64,000 nucleotides of DNA, taken from NCBI GenBank assembly GCA_905178155.1, contig CAJINV010000001.1, positions 2,842,089 to 2,906,088 of the forward strand, in the 5' to 3' direction. Position numbers and translations under genes: made by a program. Source of the stretch: Amoebophrya sp. A120 (Eukaryota > Protista > Dinoflagellata). Below are positions 10,283 through 20,700 of this stretch, in pieces. Each line of letters begins with the position of its first letter. The first letter of the stretch is position 1. The notes beneath the pieces are model-generated. The model did not search any database, was not told where the DNA came from, and saw only the letters and a list, made by a program, of their open reading frames with translations.

Positions 10283-12628
10283 CTACGAAATCGAAACTCG
10301 GTCTGGACGAGGGACCAACAAAAGAGGAAAAAAACTATCGTACTTCCCCGGCCCGACAAAGGGTCCGTCCTTCGCGGCAGAAAGGGTTGGCGCCGGGGGC
10401 CCGCCCCGAAAAGCCGGCGAGAAATGCATCAACTTCTGGGATGGCGGAGCTTGAATCAGAGGCCCGTAGCTCGGTGCGGGCCCCGCCATAGACGTAGACG
10501 AGGACGACCCGCCGTATTGCGTAAAATTCTTCATCGCGCTTCGTGGCCCCGTTGTTCCCGCCGCGACGTCCGGGCTGTGCGTCCGCTGTCTCGTCGCTAT
10601 CGACGCCGCGGAAGACTTGGTCAGACCGAATTTTTGCTTCGACGGCGATTTGCTGTAGGAGTAAGCAGAATCCGCTCTATCGGGCTGGCCTTGATTTTGC
10701 GCCGTTGCGCCAATGTGAAAATCCCTTCCGAAAACGGATGAGGACAGTGCTATTTCCTCCTCCTCGCTCTCTTCGTTGCGCCTTTTGTTATTGTTGAAAG
10801 CACCAGCACTACTTCCTGCGCTAGCTGTATTATTTCCAGGTGGTGGCCCACCAGGATGGTAGCCGGCAAACGGCATGTTGGAGGTGCCGTACCCGTAACT
10901 TCCTACCGCTGCTCCAACGCCCGCACTCTGTCCAGTTTGGTTCTGTCTGATCCCCGGGTGCACACGCAGTTCCACCTGCTTAAATTTGTTCCTCAATTGG
11001 TCGGTGTAGGTGTGGAGATCCAGCAAGTCCGGCCCATGGTGGTGGTAGTGGTGCTCCTGTGTGTTTCGTCGCACGGCGCCGAAAAGACTTAATCCGGCTG
11101 CCCACGCACCGGGGTTCACGTGCTCTCCGGCTTCTGCTGGCTGAGCACTACTTGCCGCAGCTGCGCCACCGTAACTTGATGTGGTGACAAACTGTACACT
11201 AGTACTTGCCGCTGCAGCGGGAGTCGTGCTCGAGAAAAAGTTACCTAACATTGAGGATGTGGTAGCAGCAACAGGTGCTGGTCCGGTTTTCGCCGAAGGC
11301 GGTGCGCTCGTTTCTGCGACGTTCATCTGCATGACGTTTGGATCTGGGGGCCGATTCCCGTGCAACCCTCGCAGGTCCAGCGCAGGGACGGGCGCTGTTC
11401 CATCGACTTTCGCCTTCTTATTCGCAGCTGTATCTTGTTGCCCGGGCACCTGATCTCCAGCCGAATTTCCTTTTGCACCACTGGCCTCCTCCGCGAACAG
11501 GAACACGCTTGGCCTCTTCAAGTTGTTGAATGTTTGCTTCGGATTGAAGCTGCTTGAGGACGCCGATGCTGTTTGAGTCGCGATGAACCTCTCCGACCGC
11601 ACAAAGTTCGTCGTGTTGCTTGTGCCGGCAGTTGCTTGCTGCGCATGATTCGTCGTAGTTGGGCGAGAGTCAATCTTCTTGGCACCGATATTTGCCGGCC
11701 TCTGCGGCAGTGTGTCGGAGGAATCAGAATGCCTGGCGACACGAGCTATTGACGCAATGGCATCGTTATTGGTGGTGACCGAAGACGCACTGGACGACGA
11801 TGAGGCAGAGCTCGGAAACGAAAACTGATTCGCAGCGGGTCCAGCAGAGGTTCTTCTAGCGTTCGCTCCCAAATAAAGCATCTGTTGACTTTTGCTCTGC
11901 TGCATTTTCTGGTTTATCCCGGTAGTTGTGCCACTTCTTGTCGCTCCCGCTCTCGCTCCGCCGCCGAGAACCGGAGATCGAAGGGAGATCGGTGACCGCA
12001 TTGGCGATCGCATGCGCTCATTCATGATGTCACGCGACCGGAGTGGGCTCGTTGCGATGTGTTTTGCAGCAGGTGGTGGTGCACCTCCTGTGAGCCGAGA
12101 ATTTTGCTGCTGCGCACCAGCATTTTTCTGGCCCACATTGTCTGGGGGCTTGTCTGCTGAGGTCGGCGGCCTCGCAGAGGATGCTGATGACGCAGACGAG
12201 GGCGTCCGCATCGATACTGGCAACGCGCCCGCGACCGTGAGTTGTGGCGTTTCCAATCGGATCTGCTGCTTCACGATTTTGATTTGTGGAGGCGGCCTGC
12301 TGTCCCTACTTTGCACGGGACCACTGGCAATCGTGGCTGGCTCCATGTGCTGAACGACATACTTGCCAACCGGAAAATTCCACGCAGTGCTGCTACTTGA
12401 CGTCGCACTGGAAGAAGCGGACTGTGGAGCAGTGGGTCCTGCGCCTGTTCCGCCTACGTGCAACAAGCCGACGGAGGTCCTCGCCGGCAAGAGGGATGAA
12501 GTCACGCTTGTCCGCTTCGGCCGCTCCGTGCTGGCACGGCGCCCGGCGACCGAGATGCCAACCTGGGGAACACCTGGGTCGTCATCTACACGGTGACGAC
12601 CACTGTCTTGCATGCTGCGGCCACTCAT
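10283..12628 (-). CDS. Ser/Ala/Thr-rich disordered hypothetical protein (781 aa); possibly the N-terminal part of the IQ-repeat gene
   Basis: Long ORF starting at ATG. It can be joined in frame to the 8683-10203 ORF through a 7-bp direct repeat (see findings). Confidence 0.7.
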   Translation of the reverse strand: MSGRSMQDSGRHRVDDDPGVPQVGISVAGRRASTERPKRTSVTSSLLPARTSVGLLHVGGTGAGPTAPQSASSSATSSSSTAWNFPVGKYVVQHMEPATIASGPVQSRDSRPPPQIKIVKQQIRLETPQLTVAGALPVSMRTPSSASSASSARPPTSADKPPDNVGQKNAGAQQQNSRLTGGAPPPAAKHIATSPLRSRDIMNERMRSPMRSPISLRSPVLGGGARAGATRSGTTTGINQKMQQSKSQQMLYLGANARRTSAGPAANQFSFPSSASSSSSASSVTTNNDAIASIARVARHSDSSDTLPQRPANIGAKKIDSRPTTTNHAQQATAGTSNTTNFVRSERFIATQTASASSSSFNPKQTFNNLKRPSVFLFAEEASGAKGNSAGDQVPGQQDTAANKKAKVDGTAPVPALDLRGLHGNRPPDPNVMQMNVAETSAPPSAKTGPAPVAATTSSMLGNFFSSTTPAAAASTSVQFVTTSSYGGAAAASSAQPAEAGEHVNPGAWAAGLSLFGAVRRNTQEHHYHHHGPDLLDLHTYTDQLRNKFKQVELRVHPGIRQNQTGQSAGVGAAVGSYGYGTSNMPFAGYHPGGPPPGNNTASAGSSAGAFNNNKRRNEESEEEEIALSSSVFGRDFHIGATAQNQGQPDRADSAYSYSKSPSKQKFGLTKSSAASIATRQRTHSPDVAAGTTGPRSAMKNFTQYGGSSSSTSMAGPAPSYGPLIQAPPSQKLMHFSPAFRGGPPAPTLSAAKDGPFVGPGKYDSFFPLLLVPRPDRVSIS

Positions 12629-13829
12629 TTTCTAGTAGGTGGTGGCTGTTCTGGAGCGGATGCGGGAATGCGAAGTGAAAACACAACGTTCACAGGAGCG
12701 TATAGAAGAAGCGCTAGCAAGAGTCCACCTCCACATGTCCTTTAAAAAAATCGCACACCACAGGAGATCTACTACAGTGACCTTTTGGCAGAAGAGTTCG
12801 TTCTTGGGTTTCCAGTAATTGGGCTCTTTTCTTTCTCGATGTCGAAAAGAAAACGAGAAGCCAAAAATGGACGACACACAAACTTCGTGAGAAAAGATTA
12901 TCCGACACGGAAGCTAGCGCTAGGGCATAAAGGACGACGACGAAGACGATCGCGAGGGTTTCAAAATACGTTGATCTGACAAAATAGGTAGCTCTCACCA
13001 CACCTCTCAAATTCGAAACATCACTCGAAAACATCAGGTGGTCCTCATCATCACATATTGAGGAAGTCGACGCATTAGCATTACTTGGCGGAGTGGCAAT
13101 ATTGCGAGACGACCACGATTGCGTTGCTGTGCGGGATGATCCACCCAGCGCGATGAAGGAGTGAACAACACCGTGATAGCCGCATGTCTATGCCATTGAA
13201 GCGACCACATCCATATATTAAATGAAGACACCACATCCACAAATGATCGCGAGAGAAGGAGTTGACTGGGTATTGCTGTAACTAGGTAGTGTCAACGAGC
13301 ATCATGATATGACTCCGAGCGGTGAGTGCAACATCTACCGTCCACGCACCTCCACTTGCTTTAACTCCGCCCGCTCCCCGTAACGGTCCCGGACGTGTGC
13401 CTGCAAGAGATGGGGACAATCACCGCCCCGGGCAAAATGCAACCACGCATCTGCAGGCTTCGTCTCGATGAGGCACCTGTTTCAATGGTTGGGAAAAGAT
13501 CCAAACGGCCAAGCCGGTGGGCATTTCTCGCAACCCCCCCAGGGGGGCGCGTAGCTCTATCAGAATCATGGACACCAAAGAACAGAAGAGAAGACAAACA
13601 AAAACAAAAAAAAAAGCAAAAAGGTGGCCGGGCTCCCGGAGGTATCAAAGTTCTTAGTGGAATGGGGATCGATCGCAGCAGCAGCGAGAGACCCGCCCTC
13701 GCTTGAGGTATAAAAGTTCGCGGAATGGGGATCGGTTTGCCTCGCGAAAAGTACCAGTAATTGCGAAGCGCCGACAGGTACAGGCGAAGTTCCTGCTGTG
13801 TTCTGCAAGCGCCTTTAGTTCTTGGTTGC

Positions 13830-14800
13830 GGTTAGTGTCGCGATGCCCTTTCGGGACCGCTAGACCTTTTCCGATGCCATCTCGCGTTGTCGCTCTGCAG
13901 CAAGCAGTTCCTGTACAGAGTTAGTTTCGCGATGCCCTTTCGTGACCGCTAGACCTTTTCCGATGCCATCTCGCGCTGTCGCCCTGCAGCAAGCAGTTCT
14001 TTTACAGAGTCAGTTTCGCGATGCCCTTTCGGGACCGCTAGACCTTCTCCAAGACAGCCTCGCGCTGTGATGTAAGCACTTCAGAGTTAGTTTCGCAGTG
14101 CCCTTTCGGGCCCGCTAGACCTTTTCCGATGCCATCTCACGCTATCCTGCAAGCACTTTCTGTGCGGAGTTGATCTCGCGATGCCCCTTCGGGACCACGT
14201 GACTTATTCCGAGACAGTGTTGCCTTGTCGTGCCAGCTGCGCTTGTTCATCCGGCTGCGTTGCCCTGCCAGGACTTGTCCCGAGGTACTCTCAAGATGCC
14301 CTGCCGGGACTTATTCCGAGGCACTCTCGCGTTGTGCTGCCAGCACATTATTTTGCGAGATATTTCGCTCGCGATGCCCTGCCGGCAATGGTTCATCCGA
14401 CTGCAGCGCCCTGCAAGGACGAGCTTCGAGGTGTTCTCGCGTTTTGGTTTTGCTGCCAGCAAATACTCCGAGATATTGTTATGTCGCAATGCCCTGCCGG
14501 CAATCGTCCCGACTGCGTACCCCTGCCAGGAGTTGTAACTGCATCGCCGTGTTATTATCGCGATTCCGCGCCGAGCATTATGCCGAGGCACTCTCGCGCT
14601 GAGCTTGCGCTGCCAGCACTTGCTCCGAGATATTTTGCATCTCGCGTCGCCCTTCTGCCAGCAATCGCCCCAACTGCGTCGACCTGCCAGGACTGGTTGT
14701 ATCGAGGTACTCTCGCAATGCCCTGCCGGGACTTATTCCGAGGTGATCTTGCGTTGCGCTGCCAGTACTTTTTGTTGGTTCCGAGATCAGATGTTTATCT
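13830..14800. repeat. Degenerate tandem repeat (about 89/77-83 bp units decaying into about 36-40 bp subunits)
   Basis: Core GATGCCCTTTCGGGACCGCTAGACCTTTTCCGA near 13842, 13931, 14020, 14097 and 14180. Derived GCCCTGCCGGGACTTATTCCGAGG near 14260, 14295, 14373, 14488 and 14717. Confidence 0.8.
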
Positions 14801-15360
14801 CGCACTGCAGCTCTTCCAGGAAGATTTGTTCCCACGGCGTCGCTGTACCAAGTGGAGTTGTTCAAAACTGCTCGTGTCACCTTGTCCTGCCGGGACTTCA
14901 GCCGTCTCCGCGTTTATTCTCGAGCGTCGTAGTCGCGCGCTATTTCGGTGGAACAGAAGGTCCCACTCCCGCATCTTGATCGCCAGCACCTCTTTGGTGA
15001 CTAAGAGCGTCGCGCCGCTGCTTTTATCGTTAACTTTCGTGGCACGACCCGGGAGATTCAGACTCCCGAGACAGGGCAACCAATGTCATCAGGAAGCCTC
15101 GCAGCGCGGGAATTTCGATTTCTGCGCTACTACTGAAGATGAAGTTCGGCCGTCTCAGCACCGCAGATTTAGCACCAGCATGCGACTCGCGCACTCCGGT
15201 TCGGTGTATCCGGCATGAAGATACACCGCGAAGCGATAGAACTTCTCGTCGGCGCCGGGGACCGACAGCATGCTGTCGTTCAACTTCAGGTCGCACTCGC
15301 ATTTGCTTGTCGTTTTGCAAAAGAAGACCGGAGCCATCCATGGCACCCGGCACGCGATGG

Positions 15361-15390
15361 AAACCCTAAAACCCCTCAAACCCCAACCCG
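15361..15390. repeat. Degenerate interstitial telomere-like tract (CCCTAAA-like)
   Basis: AAACCCTAAAACCCCTCAAACCCCAACCC. Confidence 0.4.
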
Positions 15391-16773
15391 TGCCCTTGCG
15401 GCCCTAATTAGAATGTACGCTACTTCGAATCGCACGGAAAAAAATGCTTCGCTGTGACATTGTGACACAGAGGGTGTGACACACAAGTGCTCGTTTTGTT
15501 CTTACGTACGGAGGAAGGCAATAGTTCTTTCGCCGTGCTGGTCCTAAGGTAGGCGTAGGAGGCACGCGGGGAAGATATTATGTCTTTGTCATTCAGACCA
15601 AGCCTGTGCCTGTGAAGCATTTTTTTCGCGCGATACTTAGAATCGACCTTACCGTGTGTTTCCCTTTTCCTTATTCACAAGGACCATGATACCGAGATAC
15701 CGCTGGATCCCGTTCCTGATGTCCAGCGCCGAGACATCTTTCGGAAAGCCACTTCCTTCGAACAACATTCTTGTTTTTGTACCAACACAGAACACGACCT
15801 GAGAGCGACGCGCAGCGTTAAACTTAAACAATAAGAAAATCGAATTTGTTCGAAATAAACGTAAACCATACAACACAGCCAACGTGTTTATTCCCTACGC
15901 TAACTCGGAGATAAATACTGGCTCACCCACAGGCTCTTCAACAAACACAGTTAGTCGAGTGGTTGGCACAAAATAGTTCGGCTGCTTAGTTTATCAACGA
16001 GATTGAAATCCGCTAAGAAGTGGTCCTTCGCAACAATCGCGAAAACGTCGGTATTTGACAAGACTCTGCTGGACTGCGGAATGAGGGTGGCGACATGCAT
16101 GCGCTTCTTGTAAACGAAGACGAGTGCTTGTGCTAAGTGTGATCGTTTGCGTTTTTTCATAACCAATCTGTCGGCGGAGCATTGCAAACAGCTGAAGAGC
16201 AAGAAACATACTCAGCATCAGGCTTTAGACATGAACATGATCAAGTTCTTGCTTCTGTAGTCAGTGCCACCGGCATTGGACCCCTTGCTATCATACTTCC
16301 GTGCTACTGCATGGTTTTATTCATCTTCACTGTGACAATGTTTGTGTGTACCATTCAAGATATGGTAATTTGTCAACGACAACGTTATGGACTTCTGTGA
16401 TATTCGTATTCCCGTTATTCAACGATCTAGTGACATCTCTACTTCGACATATTCCTTCACTTCTTCAACATATTTTGGTAGTCCCTTCGAGGTAACATTC
16501 TTCAACAATATCCATATCGTGTACAATATGCAAAGCCTAATAATGTGAATGCCGTTAATTTGCACGAACAAAAAAGAAACTCTGCCAAGTTTATTTACAT
16601 TTTGAAACCATCCTATGCGTTTATTTTGTAAATCCCATGTGAAACTTCATGTGGTGCATGACTCAACGTAATTTGCAACAGCTGGATGAATCGAACTTTC
16701 TCAATATCTTTCTATTTGTATTGCGCTATGCATCAAATTCTATGATAATTCAAAACTTTTTCTTTTTTCTCAA

Positions 16774-17118
16774 ATTTGGAGATCAAAACAAGAACTACTG
16801 CTTGCCGACGACTTCCTGTTGCACCACTGGCCTCCTCCGCGAACAGAAACACGCTTGGCCTCTTCAAGTTGTTGAATGTTTGCTTCGGATTGAAGCTGCT
16901 TGAGGATGCCGATGCTGTTTGAGTCGCGATGGATCTCTCCGACCGCACAAAGTTCGTCGTTGTACTTGTGCCGGCGGTTGCTTGCTGCGAATGATTCGTC
17001 GTTGGGCGAGAGTCAATCTTCTTTGCGCCGATATTTGCTGGCCTCTGCGGCTGCGTATCGGAAGAATCAGAATGCCTGGCGAGACGAGCTACCGACGCAA
17101 TGGGATCGTTATTGGTGG
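16774..17118 (-). pseudogene. Chimeric duplicated gene fragments
   Basis: 16813-17118 is a near-identical copy of 11467-11775 (inside the 781-aa ORF). It is fused to 16774-16811, an exact 38-bp copy of 17795-17832 (3' end of the Sfi1-like gene). Confidence 0.75.
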
Positions 17119-17790
17119 CAGCGTCAACACTCCGAGACATCTGAAAAGAAGCAATACTGTGACCGCAACATCATCAACCTGTGGCCATGTGACGATGATA
17201 GTACACGTCAGGAACAATGCCTGGAGACACACCAGGCACTGTACTAGTAGAAACATCGGAGTTTCACGGTTTTGTGTTTGCTCTTGCTATGCATGTCGTC
17301 CATCTCCATACGTTATCACATTGATACTCATCTGGTTAGATGTGCCAAATAAAGTGCAATCATGATTCATATGTGTGCATTATGACGTCGCCAACATTCG
17401 CATTCCCATGACAGACTTGTTAAAGATGACTTTTCAACTTTTGCTCCTACTAAGACAAATTTTTCATGAATGGAAAACTTACGAACTTCGTCAAGACGAA
17501 ACTGTACAAACCAAATTTACTTTATCGATGCTATTGGAAACTACAAGAAGAGACTCAATTTTTGTTTTTACCCCTAGAAATCGTCCAATTGTATGTACAT
17601 TGATGATACTTTCTTACAAAACAGACGAATGACTTCTCTATATGACGACCCAATGTGAGACTCAGATTTTCTACTTATCGATATCGTATTCCTATTCGCA
17701 ATCTCCAGCACCTGAAGCGTGCAAAATCGAAAGAAACAACATTTCTTTTGTATGACGATGACCACCACCACGTATAAATATTTCTCATGA

Positions 17791-20700
17791 TTAGATTTGG
17801 AGATCAAAACAAGAACTACTGCTTGCCGACGAAGACAGTAACGGATCATCAGCACCACTGCCACACCCGTATTCCCCCGCTGGGAACGCGCCTCCGGACG
17901 CGACTTTCCACTGGCGCTCCGCTTTTTGCGCCCGCGCTCGGGAGCGCCACAGCATGAACAGCGCCGTGATCCGGGTCTGCCGCCTCTCGTCGCGACGCAG
18001 ACGCAGCGTGCGACGGATGCGCATGACACGGGCCCAGTTTTGGAAAAGGTCCTGCCGGAGGTTCTCTTGCTGGAGCAGGTGGAGCTGGTGCTTCACTTTC
18101 TGCAGCTTGGAGACGAAGTTGAGTTGCGCGGTATGCAAGGATTTGCGATGAAGAGTTTGCCCATGCCAGGCGAGGAAAACGGAGGATTTGACCAGTTGGT
18201 CGGTTTTCTTACTGACAGTTTGTCCAACACTCGCGCGACAGTGCTTGGCAGAAGCAGTCACCGCACGCCAGGCTGCGACGAGAGAATGCGAGTAGACAGC
18301 GTCATCCTGTCCAGCGAAGTGGTGGTGCTGCTGCGATATTTTCCTCCGCAAACGCGTACCAGACACGGCATTTCGCCAAGAAGAAACCGCCTGTTGCAAC
18401 AGAGTCGCGTTTGCTTGCTGCCGCAACTCGTCGACGAGGAAAAAAATCTTTCGGCGGTTTTTCGCGTAGACTTTTACAGCGAAGAAGCATTCACTTAAAA
18501 CAGCAGTGTTTCTTTCCCGCTCGGCTAAGCTACAAGCTTTTTCGACCGCTTCGCACTTCTCCATTTTCGACCGGGTCAACTTCTCCTCCGATTTCCTGTG
18601 CACCATCATGTCTTTCCAACCACGGAGCGTCTGTGACAAAAGCAAAACGTTTTCTCGTTCTACCTTTCCGGCGACTTGTTGCTTGATCATCTTCCCCCGC
18701 ACACAACTTCGCGTCCACCAGTTCCGCAGCACTTGTCGGCAAATCAAAGCTTCCACTCCGGCGGTGAGCGCCATCCCGATCCGCTGGATGCTCTTCCGCG
18801 ACCGGATTGTGTGCCGCTGCAGGTGGTGAAGGTTGGTTTGCAGAGTGGTGTTGAGCCAGGCGGCAAAGAAGGTTTGTACCAGCTGGTCGGAACGTGTGGT
18901 CGTTAGGTTCTGGAAATGGAGATGTACCGCTTTTTTCCTCGTCGCGTTCGTTTTCCAGGAGTGGAAGATGGTGGACATCAACTTTTTCTCCGCGGTGGTT
19001 TCACCCAGATTATTCAAGCGGGTCAGCATTTGTTCTTTGTTGTTTTTCTGCTTATCCGCTGTTGCGAGTGCTACCCACGCGTGGAAACACTGCAGCTTCA
19101 AGACGGTTTGGCGGTACTTTGTTTTCAAAACAGCAGTGGTGCTTTTTAACTGCTTCTGCTTTTTCTCGGTTTTGCTCGACGAACTTGCCAGTTTCCACGC
19201 ATCGAAGACCCGAAGGCATTTGTGAAGTGAAAAGACTTTCCAGGACAACTTACTCACCACCGTCTCGCTCTTGTCGTGCGCCACCTGAAACTCGAGTAAA
19301 GTGTTCGCCAAGCGGTTGGCGCTCGTTTCCAAATGCTTCGCTTCGTGGGAATGGCAGTTGTCACTTTTCTGCATTTTCTGCAACAACGTCGCGTGCCGCC
19401 AACGAAGGAAGACCCAGTTCAAAGCGGCGCTTTCGACAATGACCCACTGTTTCTGCAGCAAGGCGGACTTTTCCTTCAAGTGCGCCTGGAAAGCGGTGTC
19501 CAGCTGCTGCTTGTGCTTCTTTTCTACAGCAAATTCTTTCCAGAGTTGTAAGACTTCGACTTTGCAGGATTGTTCATCTCTGTTTTTCCCCCGAACAAAA
19601 AATGCCGCAGCAGACTCCTTTGCGAGAAACCGCAACTTCTCCACTTTCTGCTCTTTCAGGACCGAGCCCCAAGCCAGCAAAACCGCTTTCTTGACCAATG
19701 AACGACTACTCGGGTTGTTCTCCTGACGCGTCAGTAAGTTCTCCGTCATTGTTTTCTTCGCTTTCTCTAGCCGGGTGTGCAAACTACAGGTCAACCAAGT
19801 TGAAAACGAGATTTCCTTCTTCTGCAAATCGCCCTTCCGCTTCTCCGCGCGCGCGACCTTCAGCGGATTGGCACTCACCGAGCAGGTCCAAGATTTGAAG
19901 AAGTGCAACAAAACCGCATGGTCGTTTTGCGCAGCGACCAGGGCAAACACGGTTGCGAGTTTGCTGGCGTTTTTCCTCGATTCGTTCGCCTTTTCCGCCC
20001 AGGTGTCGAAAAACAACTGCAAGGCGCACTTCTTGTCCCCATCCGTTGCAGTGGAGCACAGGAGCGACAGCCGGCCAAACGTGTTTTTCAACTTCGCAAA
20101 AGCCGCCTCCTGCGCAACCGTTTTCACTTTGGTCTGCAGCGATTCGACGTGACGTGTGGCGATTTCCGCGTCGACCACTTCCTTCCAGTTGAGAAGTACA
20201 GCTTGGAGTAACTGTCGTTTGTCGGAGTGCTGGAAGAAAAGTTGTTTCAACTTCTGCACTGCGTGGTTTGTCCGGTTTTCATTCAGCGAGTCTTTCAACA
20301 AGTTCATTTGCACGACTTGAATTTCTTCCTTCGTGGTCACAAACCAGCTAGTAAAGCAGTCACGTAGCAACTGATCCTCACTAGTGGAGAACACCGTCCG
20401 CAACTTGCTCACCCCGAGGTTTGTCAGCCGGTTCTTGAACTTTTGCTGCTTTTCCGCCAAAACTGCTTCCGTCCAGGACAAAAACGCCGTCCTGAGCATG
20501 TACTGATCCCCGAACCACCACCGCAACCTGGCCAACCCCGCTTCCCGGGCCTTCAAAGTCAGCGCCAACTGTTCGTCTTTCCGTTTTTTGTCGCACGTTT
20601 CCTCTTTCCAAGTCGCGAAGCAGTCCGTAACCAGCGCCGACGCGTGCTGCAGCTTCAGCGTTTCAAACGACTTTAGCGCCCGGGGCCAGAGCTTTTGTTG

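Noticed and set aside
12858-12874. Dinoflagellate spliced-leader relic (CCATTTTTGGCT; a similar string at about 62426-62442)
   Set aside because: The matches to CCGTAGCCATTTTGGCTCAAG are short and imperfect. The second is on the wrong strand and overlaps a start codon.
13830-14800. Possible CRISPR array
   Set aside because: The repeats are degenerate, the spacers are homologous to each other, there are no cas genes, and the context is eukaryotic.
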